64,000 bases of DNA from Alphaproteobacteria bacterium (GCA_965243325.1 CBDEUQ010000003.1:830300-894299); one strand, 5' to 3'; positions 18,918-29,630 are shown, numbered from the stretch's first letter. Numbers and translations: made by a program. The notes: generated from the sequence alone by a model not told the origin.

Positions 18918-21344
18918 TCAGAGACCGAGCCCGCCGCCGTCATCGACCGCGTATCCGAGGCTGCGCCAGCCGCGGATGCGCCTTTCGCCCATCCGCCGGA
19001 GCGCCGGCACTGCATGGTCGACATAGTCGTGGACCACGACCTCCCGCTTGGCCGGATGGAGCCGGTGCAGCCGCCCGGCATACTGCGCGAGCGTGCCCCT
19101 CCACGAGACCGGCATCGCCAGGAACAGCGTGTCGAGGCGGGCGTCGTCGAACCCCTCCCCGACATAGCGCCCGACGGCGACCAGCACCCGTTCCTCGTTA
19201 TCGGCGATGGCGTCGAGCCGCTCGGCGATCTCGCGCCGCTGCCGCACGCCGAGCCCGCCCCTGAGCAGCACCACGTTGCGGGCGAAGCCCTCCAGCCGAC
19301 CGGCGAGACGGTCCGCATGGTCCCGGCGTTCGGTGAGCACCAGAGGCGAGCGTCCGACCTCCAGCGCCGCCAGCACATTGTCGAGGATCAGGTCGTTGCG
19401 CGCCCCGTCCGCCGCCAGTGCGGCATAGATCCGCTGGATCGGCGGATGCTCCGTGCCGGCGTCCTCCGGCAGGCGGAAGGCCGTTGCGTGCAGCACCGCG
19501 CGGTGGCGGAACGGCCGCCGCCGCGCCTCCGCCTTCGCACGGGTGCGGTACCGCACAGGGCCGCACTGCATGAACACGATCGGATGGCGCCCGTCCCGGC
19601 GGGTCACCGTCGCCGAAAGCCCGAGCACGTATTTCGCCTTCGCGCGGCTCGCCACCGCCTCGAAGCTCACCGCCGGGAGATGGTGGCACTCGTCGACCAC
19701 CAGATGGCCGTAGTCGCCCACTGTGTCGTTGACCTCGCCCTCGCGCACCAGGCTCTGGATCACCCCGACATCGACGATCCCGCCGGCACGGCGCACGCCG
19801 CCGCCGACCTGCCCTATGGCCGACGCGGGCAGATCGAGGAATGTCCCCAGACGGGCGAGCCACTGGTCCATCAGCTGTCGGCGGTGGACCAGGACGAGCG
19901 CGTTCGTCGCGCGCGCGGCGATGACGGAGGCCGCGACCACCGTCTTGCCGAAGCCGGTGGCGGCGGCAAGCACGCCCGTCTCATGCGCGAGAAGCGCGTC
20001 GGCGGCAGATTGCTGCGGGGCGGTCAGCTCGCCAACGAAGGCGGTCTCCAGCGGCCGGCCCGGATTGCGCTCGTCGCGGAGGTCGAGCCCGATGCCGTGC
20101 TCCTCGAGCAGCGCCTCAAGGTCTCCGCGGCAGCCGCGCGGCAGGGCGACATGATGCGCGAGCAGTTCAGCGCAGGCCACGATGCGCGGTATGCCCCACG
20201 TCGAACGCCGCATCGCCTGCGCGGCGTGGAACGTCGGGTTCCGGAACGCCGCGAGGCGCACCAGGCGGTCGACGAGCGCCGGCGGCAGGCCGGCGCGCGG
20301 AACGTAGAGCCGGTCGCCCAGAACGGCCCCGATCCGCTCCGGTAGCGGCCCCGGGACCGGCGGCAGGGGCCGGCGCCCCGACGGCGGCGCGGTCCAGGGC
20401 TCCCCGTCCTCGGCGTCTTCCAGCGGCAGGCGCAGGCCGACGATCCGCCCCTTCCGGGCGGCCTCGCCGACGATCGACTCCGCCTTCGCCGGCGGCAGGC
20501 GCCGCAGCGACGACAGATACGCCCACTGGTCGGCATGGGGCTTGAGGTCCGCGTCGAGGAACACGCTGTTGCCGCCCGCGCGTGGGCGGCCCTGGAGGGG
20601 CAGCGCGATCAGGCTACCGAACCCGCCCTCGGGCACGGTGTCCTGGCTCGGGAAGAACCGGTCGTACGAGCCGAACCCGATGTCTGGCCGGCGCGCCATC
20701 GCCTCGGTCAGCAGATGCGAGCCGAGCCGCCGCGCCAGCGCGGCCGGTACCGCTTCAGCGAAGAATATCCAGACATGGCCGCCGTTCCCCGAGCGCGAGC
20801 GCTCCAACGCCGCCGGCACGTCCTTCGACCGGCACGCGTCGAGGAAGGCGCCGGCATCGCGGCGCCACGTCGCCTTGTCGAAGTCCGCCGCGAGAAACCG
20901 GCAGGTCCCGTCCGCGAGCATCGGCCAGACGCCGACGGTCCGGCGGCCGCGCAGGTGGGCGGCGATCTCCCCGTCGGTCAGCGGCAGGAAGGCCCGGTTG
21001 GGGCAGGCGCCGCAGCGCACGCGAGGCTTGCCGCACAGGCCGCGCTTCCACTCATTGGCGCATGCCGGCGCGTAGCCGGCCTTCCCCGTCCGGGCGTTCT
21101 CCCAGCGCCGCGGGAACGCGTCCTCGCGGCCGGCGAACAGCGCGCGGAACAGCGCGATCTTCGCCTCCGGGGGCGAGCGGTCCGTCACCGGCGACCCGAT
21201 GACCGCCCCTTGGTCCGGCGCGGCCGGGCGGTCCGTCTCCAGTTCGGCCAGCCGCGCCTCGAGCGACGCCCGTTCCTCGGCAAGGCCGGCGAGCCGGGCG
21301 CGGATGCGCGCGGCCTCGCCGTCGTCGGAGGCCGGGGAGGTCAC
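18918..21344 (-). CDS. AEP primase-like (TOTE-type) domain fused to a DEAD/DEAH SF2 helicase
   Basis: YAPACANEW, FLAADFD, ERSRSGNGGHVW, DRFFPSQD; ATGFGKT, VDECHH, GLSAT, GEGFD, QYAGRLHR. GTG start overlaps the upstream stop. Confidence 0.88.
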   Translation of the reverse strand: MTSPASDDGEAARIRARLAGLAEERASLEARLAELETDRPAAPDQGAVIGSPVTDRSPPEAKIALFRALFAGREDAFPRRWENARTGKAGYAPACANEWKRGLCGKPRVRCGACPNRAFLPLTDGEIAAHLRGRRTVGVWPMLADGTCRFLAADFDKATWRRDAGAFLDACRSKDVPAALERSRSGNGGHVWIFFAEAVPAALARRLGSHLLTEAMARRPDIGFGSYDRFFPSQDTVPEGGFGSLIALPLQGRPRAGGNSVFLDADLKPHADQWAYLSSLRRLPPAKAESIVGEAARKGRIVGLRLPLEDAEDGEPWTAPPSGRRPLPPVPGPLPERIGAVLGDRLYVPRAGLPPALVDRLVRLAAFRNPTFHAAQAMRRSTWGIPRIVACAELLAHHVALPRGCRGDLEALLEEHGIGLDLRDERNPGRPLETAFVGELTAPQQSAADALLAHETGVLAAATGFGKTVVAASVIAARATNALVLVHRRQLMDQWLARLGTFLDLPASAIGQVGGGVRRAGGIVDVGVIQSLVREGEVNDTVGDYGHLVVDECHHLPAVSFEAVASRAKAKYVLGLSATVTRRDGRHPIVFMQCGPVRYRTRAKAEARRRPFRHRAVLHATAFRLPEDAGTEHPPIQRIYAALAADGARNDLILDNVLAALEVGRSPLVLTERRDHADRLAGRLEGFARNVVLLRGGLGVRQRREIAERLDAIADNEERVLVAVGRYVGEGFDDARLDTLFLAMPVSWRGTLAQYAGRLHRLHPAKREVVVHDYVDHAVPALRRMGERRIRGWRSLGYAVDDGGGLGL

Positions 21345-22204
21345 GGCGCCCTGCCCTGGATCGGCCGCTCGCGATCCGCCTCCAGCCGGGCGGCGAGCCG
21401 GTCGGCCCTGGCATCGCCGATCTCGCGCAGGACTGCGATCGCGCCCGGTGCGAGGGCGGTGTGGCGCATGGCGCAGCGTCCGAGCGCGACGATCGCCTCG
21501 TCGCCGCCGAGCGCGCCCAACGCCTCGACGATCGCCGTCGAGGGCGCGTCGACGAGTTCGGCGAGCAGCACCTCCCGGCCGGCGGTATCGCCCCGGTGGG
21601 CCAGCGCGACCGCCGCCGTGCGCCGGATGGGTGCGTCCGGGTCCGACAGGCCTTCGCGAAGCCGGGACGCCGGCACCCTCGCGCCGGCGGCAAGGTCGAA
21701 GGCCGCCCGGCGCACCGCCGCGTCGGCGTGGCGGAGGAAGCCGGCAACGAACGAAGCAGGAAGGCCAAGCCCCGCATCGGCGGCGGCGCGAAGTGCCGCA
21801 GGGTGCAGGGAGGCGGGGAGGCCTGCCGAGAGAACGAGCCGCCTCAGAGCGGCACGGGCATCGGGACGGCCCAGCCGCGCCAGGGTCTCCAGCACGGCGC
21901 ACTGCTCCCGCAGCGGCCGGTCGATGCCGAAGCCGCGGAAGCGCCGCCATAGCCGCTCCAGCGCCGGAACCGCCGACGGCAGCGACCGCGCGACGACCTC
22001 CGCGCACAGGGCGTCGATATCCGACGGGCCCGCGCCGGCGAGCCGCTCAACCAGATCGTCGTCGCCGAGAGTCGCCGGCGACGGCCTGGCGGTACCTTCC
22101 GGCCGCGGGTTGGCATCCGCCCGCCCGCGTTCGTCGAAGAGGTCGGGTTGGCAGTCCGCCTCCAGGCGCGCTGCGGGGCCGGGGTCGGGTATCGAACCGG
22201 GCAT
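21341..22204 (-). CDS. HEAT-repeat protein
   Basis: FLRHADAAVRRAA, LSDPDAPIRRTAAVAL, IVEALGALGGDEAIVAL. Confidence 0.75.
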   Translation of the reverse strand: MPGSIPDPGPAARLEADCQPDLFDERGRADANPRPEGTARPSPATLGDDDLVERLAGAGPSDIDALCAEVVARSLPSAVPALERLWRRFRGFGIDRPLREQCAVLETLARLGRPDARAALRRLVLSAGLPASLHPAALRAAADAGLGLPASFVAGFLRHADAAVRRAAFDLAAGARVPASRLREGLSDPDAPIRRTAAVALAHRGDTAGREVLLAELVDAPSTAIVEALGALGGDEAIVALGRCAMRHTALAPGAIAVLREIGDARADRLAARLEADRERPIQGRAP

Positions 22205-22339
22205 CGGCGCAGCATAGCTGTACCGGCGAGGGCCACGGCGCATGCGACAGCGAGGCCGAGGTCGCCACCAGACGCCGGGCGTTGATTGCCCGATGCGGTG
22301 CCGCACGCTATTGTGACTACATTGGTCCCGGAGGACATC

Positions 22340-22582
22340 ATGCGAACCGTACAACTGCGCGAGGCCAAAGCCACACTGTCGGCCCTGGTGGAGGGGGCGG
22401 CGAAGGGCGACACCGCCGTCATCACCCGCCGGGGACAGCCCCGGGCGGTCCTCGTCGGCCTTGACGAATGGAACCGCCTTCGCCGGGTCCCGTCGTTCGG
22501 CCGCCTGCTCGCCGCCTCGGGGCTTGAAAAAGGCGACATTCCGCCGCGCGATTCGAGTCCGGCACGCGACGCTGGACTGTAG
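22340..22582 (+). CDS. Phd/YefM-family antitoxin
   Basis: MRTVQLREAKATLSALVE...VITRRGQPRAVLV; GGAGG RBS. Confidence 0.9.
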   Translation: MRTVQLREAKATLSALVEGAAKGDTAVITRRGQPRAVLVGLDEWNRLRRVPSFGRLLAASGLEKGDIPPRDSSPARDAGL

Positions 22583-22590
22583 GGTCCGCC

Positions 22591-23028
22591 TTGTTCCTGG
22601 TGGACACCAACGTCCTGTCCATGGGGGCGCCCGGTCGTAGCGAAAGCCCCGCCGCCCTGACCGACTGGCTGGACGCTCGTTCCAACGAACTGTTCCTGTC
22701 CACCGTCACGGTGGCCGAAATCAGCGACGGCATTGCCAAGCTGAGACGAACCGGCGCCCCCGCGCGGGCCGACCGCCTCGACGACTGGCTCGATGTCGTT
22801 CTCCATCTTTACGGCGACAAGGTGATGCCGTTCGACGGCCCCGCGGCCCGCCACGCCGGCCTGCTCATCGACCAAGCGCGCGCCACCGGCCAGACGCCGG
22901 GCTTTGCCGACCTCGCCATAGCGGCGACGGCGGGTGTCCTCGGACTTACGGTCCTTACCCGCAACATCCGGCACTTCGCACCGCTCGACATCCCCGCGAT
23001 CGATCCGTTCGAGTCGCTGCCCGATTGA
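22591..23028 (+). CDS. vapC: VapC PIN-domain toxin
   Basis: FLVDTNVLS, VAEI, DLAIAATA, LTRNIRHF. Confidence 0.9.
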   Translation: MFLVDTNVLSMGAPGRSESPAALTDWLDARSNELFLSTVTVAEISDGIAKLRRTGAPARADRLDDWLDVVLHLYGDKVMPFDGPAARHAGLLIDQARATGQTPGFADLAIAATAGVLGLTVLTRNIRHFAPLDIPAIDPFESLPD

Positions 23029-23583
23029 TCCGCGCAGCTGACTATCCCGGATGCTTCGCTTACTCGGCATCGACACGAACGAGAACGCGCCGATGGCATG
23101 CCGCATCCGGGGAAGAAGCACGCGCGATCACGGGTCGCCGATCCGGCGCCGCATCGTTCGATCCTCAGCGATGAATCGGCCATGGCACGATGCCGCGTGG
23201 CAAGAGCCACCGGCGGTGGGGGACGCGAGCATGGCTCACCGGCGAACCGCCGAAGCGAGACGGCCGCGAACGCATCGTCTGTCACATCGCGCTGGTGCTC
23301 GAGCTCGCGTTCTTCAACGTCGGCGTGGAGAGCGCCCGGATCGCCATCGTCAGCACCGCGGTCTCCCTGCGGCTTGCCGTCGACCGGCCGGCGGCCGGCG
23401 CGACCCCCGGCCTCGTCATAGCCGCATCCGGCGGCTCGTCGAACGCACGCTGCCGCGATACCAGAAAATCGAAAGCGCCATCGAACGCCACTCTCTCTAT
23501 TCCGGGGTAGGTGGGGCCTCCGCAGCGCTTGCCCACAATCTGGCAGATTGAACGGCGCGCAAGGCGAAGGTAAAATCGGGATC

Positions 23584-23787
23584 ATGCCGAAGCACTGGGA
23601 AAGAGCCGCGCCGCCGCCTGACATTCCGGGTTTCCCGAAGGATTGGCGCGACCAGATCAAGGCGGATCTCGCGGACCAGCTTGCGGCCGGCGGCACGCTC
23701 TATGGCGTCCGGTCGGACGGCGCCTATATTGCGCGCACCAGGGACGGCGACCGGGTGCTCAGGCAGCCTGAACGGGAGTCCGCCTGA
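23584..23787 (+). CDS. Small protein, putative partner of the downstream zeta-like kinase
   Basis: 67-aa ORF directly upstream of a zeta-like ATPase. Confidence 0.55.
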   Translation: MPKHWERAAPPPDIPGFPKDWRDQIKADLADQLAAGGTLYGVRSDGAYIARTRDGDRVLRQPERESA

Positions 23788-23807
23788 CCCGATCCCTTTC
23801 CGCGGTC

Positions 23808-24380
23808 ATGCCCACGCTTTCCGTCGTTGCTGGCCCGAACGGGTGCGGCAAGTCCACCCTGACGCGTATGAGCGGCTTCAGCGGGGTCGACATCATCGAT
23901 CCTGATGCGATCGCGCGCCGTCAGGGATTCGGTAGCCCCGGACAGGCGGCGCGCGAGGCGGTGCGCCGGCAGAGGGCTGCGCTCGGCGCCGGGCGGACGC
24001 ATCTGGTGGAGAACACCCTCGCCGGCTCCGGCATTTTCCGCCACATGACCGCGGCGCGGCGGGAAGACTACTGGATCGTCCTGCATTTCGTGTCCGTCAG
24101 CTCGCTGGAACTGGCGCTGGACCGCATCAGAAACCGGGTCGCGCTCGGCGGCCACGATGTTGCGGAAGCAGACGCGAGGCGGCGGTTCAAGCGGTCGCGC
24201 GCCAACCTGCCCGCAGCAATCTTGCGGGCGGACATTGCCATGCTCTACGACAACGCCGATCCCGACCGGCCGCATCGGGAGGTCGCGATTCTCGGGGAGA
24301 CGACATCTTGGACCGCCGAGGCCATGCCCGGTTGGGCGGCTGCGGCTCTCGCCCGTTCAACTGCGTTGCGTCCTCTATGA
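23808..24380 (+). CDS. Zeta-toxin-like P-loop kinase/ATPase
   Basis: VAGPNGCGKST, IDPDAI, ENTL, RIRNRVALGGHDV, LYDN. Confidence 0.85.
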   Translation: MPTLSVVAGPNGCGKSTLTRMSGFSGVDIIDPDAIARRQGFGSPGQAAREAVRRQRAALGAGRTHLVENTLAGSGIFRHMTAARREDYWIVLHFVSVSSLELALDRIRNRVALGGHDVAEADARRRFKRSRANLPAAILRADIAMLYDNADPDRPHREVAILGETTSWTAEAMPGWAAAALARSTALRPL

Positions 24381-24544
24381 TGGCCGGCCGCCCGCATAAA
24401 CTTGACCTTGCCAAACGGCTCCCGCCGCAATCGTTAGCCCGGTACCGGCCGACAACGCCTTGATCATCGGCGTTGACACGCTTGCCCACTGGACCCACCA
24501 TCGCTCCTGCAATCGCAACAGGCGTCCCGCTCTGTCGGGTCGCC

Positions 24545-24873
24545 CGTCCGTCCGTGGCCGTCACCCAGGCATCGTCGTCGAGCGGCTTCACCTCGACGAC
24601 GCCGCACTCCGGCAGCTGGCCCTTGCGTGCGCGGCCCTTCTGCATCTGCCGGGCGGCGTAGAGCGCGAAATCGGGATGGCCCGCGGCCAGGTCGGCGGGC
24701 TCCAGAACGCAGTGCACCTTCGGCCTGAGCGCAGCGCCCGCGGCGCTCAGCAATCCGTGGAGCGGGCCGTAGGTCGAACGCTCGCCCGTCGCGCCGCCAG
24801 ACGCGTGCACCCGGACGAGCTCGGCGAAATACGCTTCGACGGCCGACATCAGTTTCTTGTTCGTTCCCGCCAT
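24545..24873 (-). pseudogene. N-terminal fragment of a type ISP/IIG restriction-modification enzyme
   Basis: ATGERSTYGPL...GHPDFALY...GVVEVK (PD-ExK), then truncated. Confidence 0.6.
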
Positions 24874-25237
24874 GCCGCCCGTTGTCGCCGACGACGGAGC
24901 GATATGCAACCGTTCCGGCCTGTGCGCCGTCGTTCATGGGCGCGGCATGGACGTGCGCGCCGACGGATCGTTGCCGCCGGCGCGCGATGAGTCTCCGGCG
25001 GCAGCCAGCACCCAACTCCGTCGCTTGGCTCCGCATGGTGGAAGCTGGATTCGCGGAGTCGAGGCGTCCCGGAAAGCGGCGCGACCGTCGTCGTCCTTGC
25101 TGCGGTTCCGTGTCTCCACCTGTCCGCACTGCGCGCCGCGCCGACGAAGAGTTGGAGAGGGGCTTCGGCCGGGCAGGCGGCCGGGTGTCCGGTGGGGCAT
25201 GGCGGCCGCCGGCAACCCGACGCAAGGGAGGCTTGCG

Positions 25238-25534
25238 ATGCAGACGGCCAGAACGCTCCGCGAGAGCGCGCACACGAACACCTATCTCGTCCATACGTTC
25301 GGGCGCGGCCTCGACGACGATCGCTATACCGTCGAGCGTTTCCGCTCGGCCGCCGACGGCGACATTCGCGCGAAGCCCGACGAGACCCGCAAGCGCGTCT
25401 CGCGGCGCACCGTGCGCCAGCTGCGCCCGGCGCGCGACGAGATCGTCGTCTGCACCGGCGTCCGCGGCGGCGGTGGAATCCAATATTGGGGTGGCTGCGC
25501 CGCCGGGATCTTCGCCGCCCGCGGGCGGCGCTGA
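25238..25534 (+). CDS. Hypothetical protein
   Basis: GGGAGG RBS before the ATG; upstream of the Zn-finger gene. Confidence 0.5.
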   Translation: MQTARTLRESAHTNTYLVHTFGRGLDDDRYTVERFRSAADGDIRAKPDETRKRVSRRTVRQLRPARDEIVVCTGVRGGGGIQYWGGCAAGIFAARGRR

Positions 25535-25620
25535 CGGCGACTGCCCGGAGACGCCCGGCCGGCACCGACCGGCCGGGCGCACTCCGAACGATACCGGCGC
25601 CGTGACGCGGAGGAAATGGG

Positions 25621-26490
25621 ATGGCGTACAGGGACGCAACGGACAAGCGGCGCGCCCGCGACGAGGGGCGCCGGACCGCCGGCGCGCCGCGCAACGCGGA
25701 CCCGGAGAAGGCGAGGGCGCGCGAGCGGCAGCGTTCGCGCGAACGCACCGCCGAACGCCTCGCCCGGGGATTGTGCAGGACGTGCGGCCGGGAGCCGTCC
25801 GTCCCCGGACGCCGCGAGTGCGCGCCGTGCGCCGAGGTTCGGCGAGCGCGCCAGCGCGAGCGCTACAGGGAGGCCAGGGCCGCCGGCCAGCGCTACGGCG
25901 GACGCGACCCGTCGACGTGCCGAGAGGCCGCGCGGCGGGCGCGGCAGCGGCGCCGCGAGGCAGGCCTGTGCCGGGCGTGCGGCGCGAGCCCGCCGGCCGA
26001 CGGTGCGATCCTGTGCGAGCCGTGCCTAACGATTCGGAGGGCCGCGGAACGGGCGGCGTACGCCGCGCGGAGATCTGCCGGCCTATGCACAGGCTGCGGC
26101 GCCGAGGCGGCCGACGGCGCGGCGCGGTGCGCCCGCTGCGCCGCGCGGCAGGCGGCGGGGGTGTCGCGGGAGAAGAAGAACGCGGCGAAGCGCCGGCGGT
26201 ACGTTCGAATGCGCGCCCGGCGCTTGTGCGTGTCGTGCGGCGCTCCGGCGCCGGGGGCGTCGCGGTGCGAGCCGTGCGCGCGGCTCTCGCGGGCGTGCTC
26301 GGACGCCTGGCGAGGCCTGCCGGCGTGGCCGGCGCGCTACACCGTGATCGAGATCGCGACGGGCGCCGATCACGGGACGTACGACAGCGAGGCCGAGGCC
26401 GCCGCCTGCCTCGCCTTCGCGAAGCTCTCGCGCGACGAGGTCGAGATCGTCGCCGACGAACCGCTCATTGCACGGTATGCCGCTATGTAG
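25621..26490 (+). CDS. Arg-rich protein with four CxxC...CxxC zinc-finger repeats
   Basis: GLCRTCG..CAPC, GLCRACG..CEPC, GLCTGCG..CARC, LCVSCG..CEPC. Confidence 0.75.
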   Translation: MAYRDATDKRRARDEGRRTAGAPRNADPEKARARERQRSRERTAERLARGLCRTCGREPSVPGRRECAPCAEVRRARQRERYREARAAGQRYGGRDPSTCREAARRARQRRREAGLCRACGASPPADGAILCEPCLTIRRAAERAAYAARRSAGLCTGCGAEAADGAARCARCAARQAAGVSREKKNAAKRRRYVRMRARRLCVSCGAPAPGASRCEPCARLSRACSDAWRGLPAWPARYTVIEIATGADHGTYDSEAEAAACLAFAKLSRDEVEIVADEPLIARYAAM

Positions 26491-26684
26491 AGCTCTACAT
26501 AGCGGCGTATCTGGACGGAGCGCTACGAACGTTCGACGCTCGACGCTCTGCGGCCGCAACCGTGATACTGGACCACAGCCTGGCGCCGTGCTTGCCACCC
26601 ACACCCCGCGACTGGATGGTGATTCGAATGGGACGGGAAGAGGAAGCATTGCACCGCACAACATCACTACACGGCGGATGACCC

Positions 26685-29630
26685 GTGAATCGACCGAGTT
26701 TGGAAATTGCGGACACATTGTGTGAGACCAAGCGGACCGGCCTCGCCAGGATAGTGTTCGCAATCCTGCATCCGCGTCATGCCAGGGCGGGATGGGTGAA
26801 CGCCGAAGTGGTTCGGCTGCTGTTCGGTTCACGTCGCGCCGACATATCGCTGGGTGACGTGGATTTGGTCGAGGTAACGGGCGGGCGCGTCTATTCCAGC
26901 GTTCGGGTCCGCCATGCCGCAGGGACCGCGCAGTTTTCGGGCTTGGCACAAACGGAAGCAAACGCTTTTGCGGTTACGCTCGAATCTGCGAGATGCGACT
27001 GGTGGCGCCGTACGCTTGCGCTGCGGCGGGAAGCGCTCCGCGCCGTGCATGGCCGGCTGACGGACCTGGCCGATCCGCCCAGGTACCTTTCCGCCGACGC
27101 ACTTCGCGATCTCGAGGCCGAGGCGCAAAGGGCCGCCGCCGGATTCGCGGCGCGGTGGCCGGAAGCACTGTCGGAAGCTCCCGACGTCCGAATGCTGCGG
27201 GGTATTCTCGGGTTTCTGGCAGCGTCGGGCGACATCAAGGCGAAGGCCAACGAGGCGTTCGTCGTCAACGAGTTGGTCCGCTCGCGCGAATTCTTCGACC
27301 GCATCGAGGCCCGTCCGCTCACGCAGGAACAACGCAGGGCGGTGGTGATCGATGAGTGCCGCAACCTCGTTGTCGCCGCGGCCGGCAGCGGCAAGACCTC
27401 GGTGATCGTAGCCAAGACGGGCTGGCTCGTCCGAAAGGGGTATCGCAAGCCCTCCGAACTGCTGCTTCTCGCCTTCGCGCGCGATGCTCGGCAGGAGATG
27501 GAAGAACGGATCAAAAAGCGCCTTGGCACCGCAATTGGGCGCGACATCACCGTGCGCACCTTCCACAGCCTCGGCATGGCGATCATTGGAGAAGCCACAG
27601 GTAAAGCCCCTGCGCTCGCCACGACGGCAGAAAACAACCGCGCCCTGTTCGACCTGCTCAAGAAAATCGTGGCGGATCAGCTTACCGACCCCGGCCTTTC
27701 GGCCACGCTGGTTGAATGGTTCCGGGACGGCTTCGCGCCATACAAGAGCCAGCAGGAGTTCAGAAACTGGGGCGAGTACTACGACTATATCCGGAAGTTC
27801 GACATCCGCTCTCTGAAGGGCGACGTGGTGCGCAGCTTCGAGGAATGCGAGATTGCGAACTTTCTCTACCTCCATGGCATCGCCTACGAGTACGAAGCCC
27901 CGTATGAGCATGATCTGGCGACGTCGGAGAAGCGCCAGTACAAACCGGACTTCCTTCTTCCTGAGCACGGCATCTATATCGAGCACTTCGGGGTAGACGC
28001 CTCCGGGAACACGGCGCCTTTCGTCGACCGCGAGCAATATTTGCGAGACATCGAATGGAAACGCCGCGTCCACGCCAAGCACGGCACCGTCCTGATCGAG
28101 ACCTTCAGTTACGAAAGGGCCGGCGGCAGGCTGCTCGGAAACCTGATGGAGAAGCTTGAGTCCCACGGGGTGGCCCACTCGCCAATCTCGGGCGGGGACG
28201 TGTTCAAGGCTCTTGAGCGACAGGGGCGGATCGACCCGTTCACGCGTTTGGTGGCGACATTCCTGCAACACTTCAAGGGTAGCCGGTTGTCCCTTGCCGA
28301 CGTTGCGGAGCATGCCCGCACCCACCGCGACCGGAAGCGGGCGGAGGCGTTTCTCTCGGTGTTCCGGCCGATCTTCGACCGCTATCAGGATACGCTCGCC
28401 CGCGCCGGGGAAATCGACTTTCACGACATGATCAACCGAGCGACCGATCTCGTGGAGGCAGGACGTTACCGAAGCCCGTTCGGATATATCCTGGTCGACG
28501 AATTCCAGGACATCTCGCTGTCCCGCGCGAGGCTGCTGAAGGCGATGCTCGACAGCTCGCCGGGATCCCAGTTGTTCGCGGTGGGCGACGACTGGCAGGC
28601 GATTTTCCGGTTCGCCGGCTCTGACATCGGGGTCCTGCGGGAGTTTGGCGACCATTTCGGCGCGTTCGAGCGCATCGACCTCCCAACGACGTTCCGCTGC
28701 GCCGACCGCATCGCGACGGTCGCCGCCGAATTCGTGCTGCGCAACCCTGAGCAAATCCGCAAGGCGGTCCGCGCGACGCGCAAGGTGGTTGGGCCTGCGG
28801 TTTGTATCGGGCTTCAGGGTGAGCACGAACTCTCTCTTCTGAAGGAGGCTCTCGACCGAATCGCGGAAGACGCACGCCGATACGACGGTGCGTCCGAGGT
28901 GCTGCTCATAGGCCGCTACCGCCATATGGAGCCCCGACATCTGGGGGCGCTGCCGAAACAGTTTCCGGGACTGCGCTTCGCCTGGAAGACAGTGCACGGG
29001 TCGAAGGGTCTCGAGGCCGACTATGCGGTGGTCCTCGGTCTCCACTCGGGGAAGTACGGGTTTCCGGCCGAAATCGCCGACGATCCGCTGCTCGATCTGG
29101 TGCTGGCAGCGCCGGAAGCCCATCCGAATGCCGAGGAGCGGCGTTTGCTCTATGTGGCGATGACCCGGGCACGCCGGCGGGTGTACCTCCTGGCCGACGG
29201 CGGCCCACCGTCGGAATTCGTGACGGAGCTGATCGACGGTGGTTACGACGTCAGTGTCTTTGGCCGTCCGCCGGAGGGCGACGTGTCCTGTCCGCGATGT
29301 ACCGGCGGGCGGCTGGTGCGCCGCGAAAACGCCCGCAGCGGAGGCGTTTTCTACGGTTGCTCCAACTTTCCGCTTTGCGAGCACACAGTGTCTGCCTGCC
29401 CCCGCTGCGGAAACGGCCTTCCCGTCAAGTCCGGTGAGGCTTTCCGCTGTCGAGATTGCGGGGGGTCCATAGAGGGCTGTCCCGTCTGCGACGGCTGGCT
29501 GAACCCCAGAATGGGCAGGCGCGGCCGCTTCCTCGGTTGCTCGAATTACCCGCATTGCCACTACACACGAAACCTGTGGGACTCAAAAAAGCGGGTCGGC
29601 GCGGGACGGCGTGAAAGTGGAACAGCGTAG
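26685..29630 (+). CDS. HelD/UvrD-like SF1 helicase with PD-(D/E)xK insert and C-terminal topoisomerase-type C4 zinc ribbons
   Basis: AAAGSGKT, LVDEFQD, VGDDWQAIF, TVHGSKGLE, EERRLLYVAMTRA; insert YKPDF..IYIEHFG; FYGCSNFP and FLGCSNYP. Confidence 0.9.
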   Translation: MNRPSLEIADTLCETKRTGLARIVFAILHPRHARAGWVNAEVVRLLFGSRRADISLGDVDLVEVTGGRVYSSVRVRHAAGTAQFSGLAQTEANAFAVTLESARCDWWRRTLALRREALRAVHGRLTDLADPPRYLSADALRDLEAEAQRAAAGFAARWPEALSEAPDVRMLRGILGFLAASGDIKAKANEAFVVNELVRSREFFDRIEARPLTQEQRRAVVIDECRNLVVAAAGSGKTSVIVAKTGWLVRKGYRKPSELLLLAFARDARQEMEERIKKRLGTAIGRDITVRTFHSLGMAIIGEATGKAPALATTAENNRALFDLLKKIVADQLTDPGLSATLVEWFRDGFAPYKSQQEFRNWGEYYDYIRKFDIRSLKGDVVRSFEECEIANFLYLHGIAYEYEAPYEHDLATSEKRQYKPDFLLPEHGIYIEHFGVDASGNTAPFVDREQYLRDIEWKRRVHAKHGTVLIETFSYERAGGRLLGNLMEKLESHGVAHSPISGGDVFKALERQGRIDPFTRLVATFLQHFKGSRLSLADVAEHARTHRDRKRAEAFLSVFRPIFDRYQDTLARAGEIDFHDMINRATDLVEAGRYRSPFGYILVDEFQDISLSRARLLKAMLDSSPGSQLFAVGDDWQAIFRFAGSDIGVLREFGDHFGAFERIDLPTTFRCADRIATVAAEFVLRNPEQIRKAVRATRKVVGPAVCIGLQGEHELSLLKEALDRIAEDARRYDGASEVLLIGRYRHMEPRHLGALPKQFPGLRFAWKTVHGSKGLEADYAVVLGLHSGKYGFPAEIADDPLLDLVLAAPEAHPNAEERRLLYVAMTRARRRVYLLADGGPPSEFVTELIDGGYDVSVFGRPPEGDVSCPRCTGGRLVRRENARSGGVFYGCSNFPLCEHTVSACPRCGNGLPVKSGEAFRCRDCGGSIEGCPVCDGWLNPRMGRRGRFLGCSNYPHCHYTRNLWDSKKRVGAGRRESGTA

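Noticed and set aside
18666..20345. 559-aa plus-strand ORF
   Set aside because: It is a short IS fragment running into the antisense of the primase-helicase gene.
23030..23540. ORFs between vapC and the zeta-like pair
   Set aside because: No recognisable motifs or RBS in any frame; probably degraded sequence.
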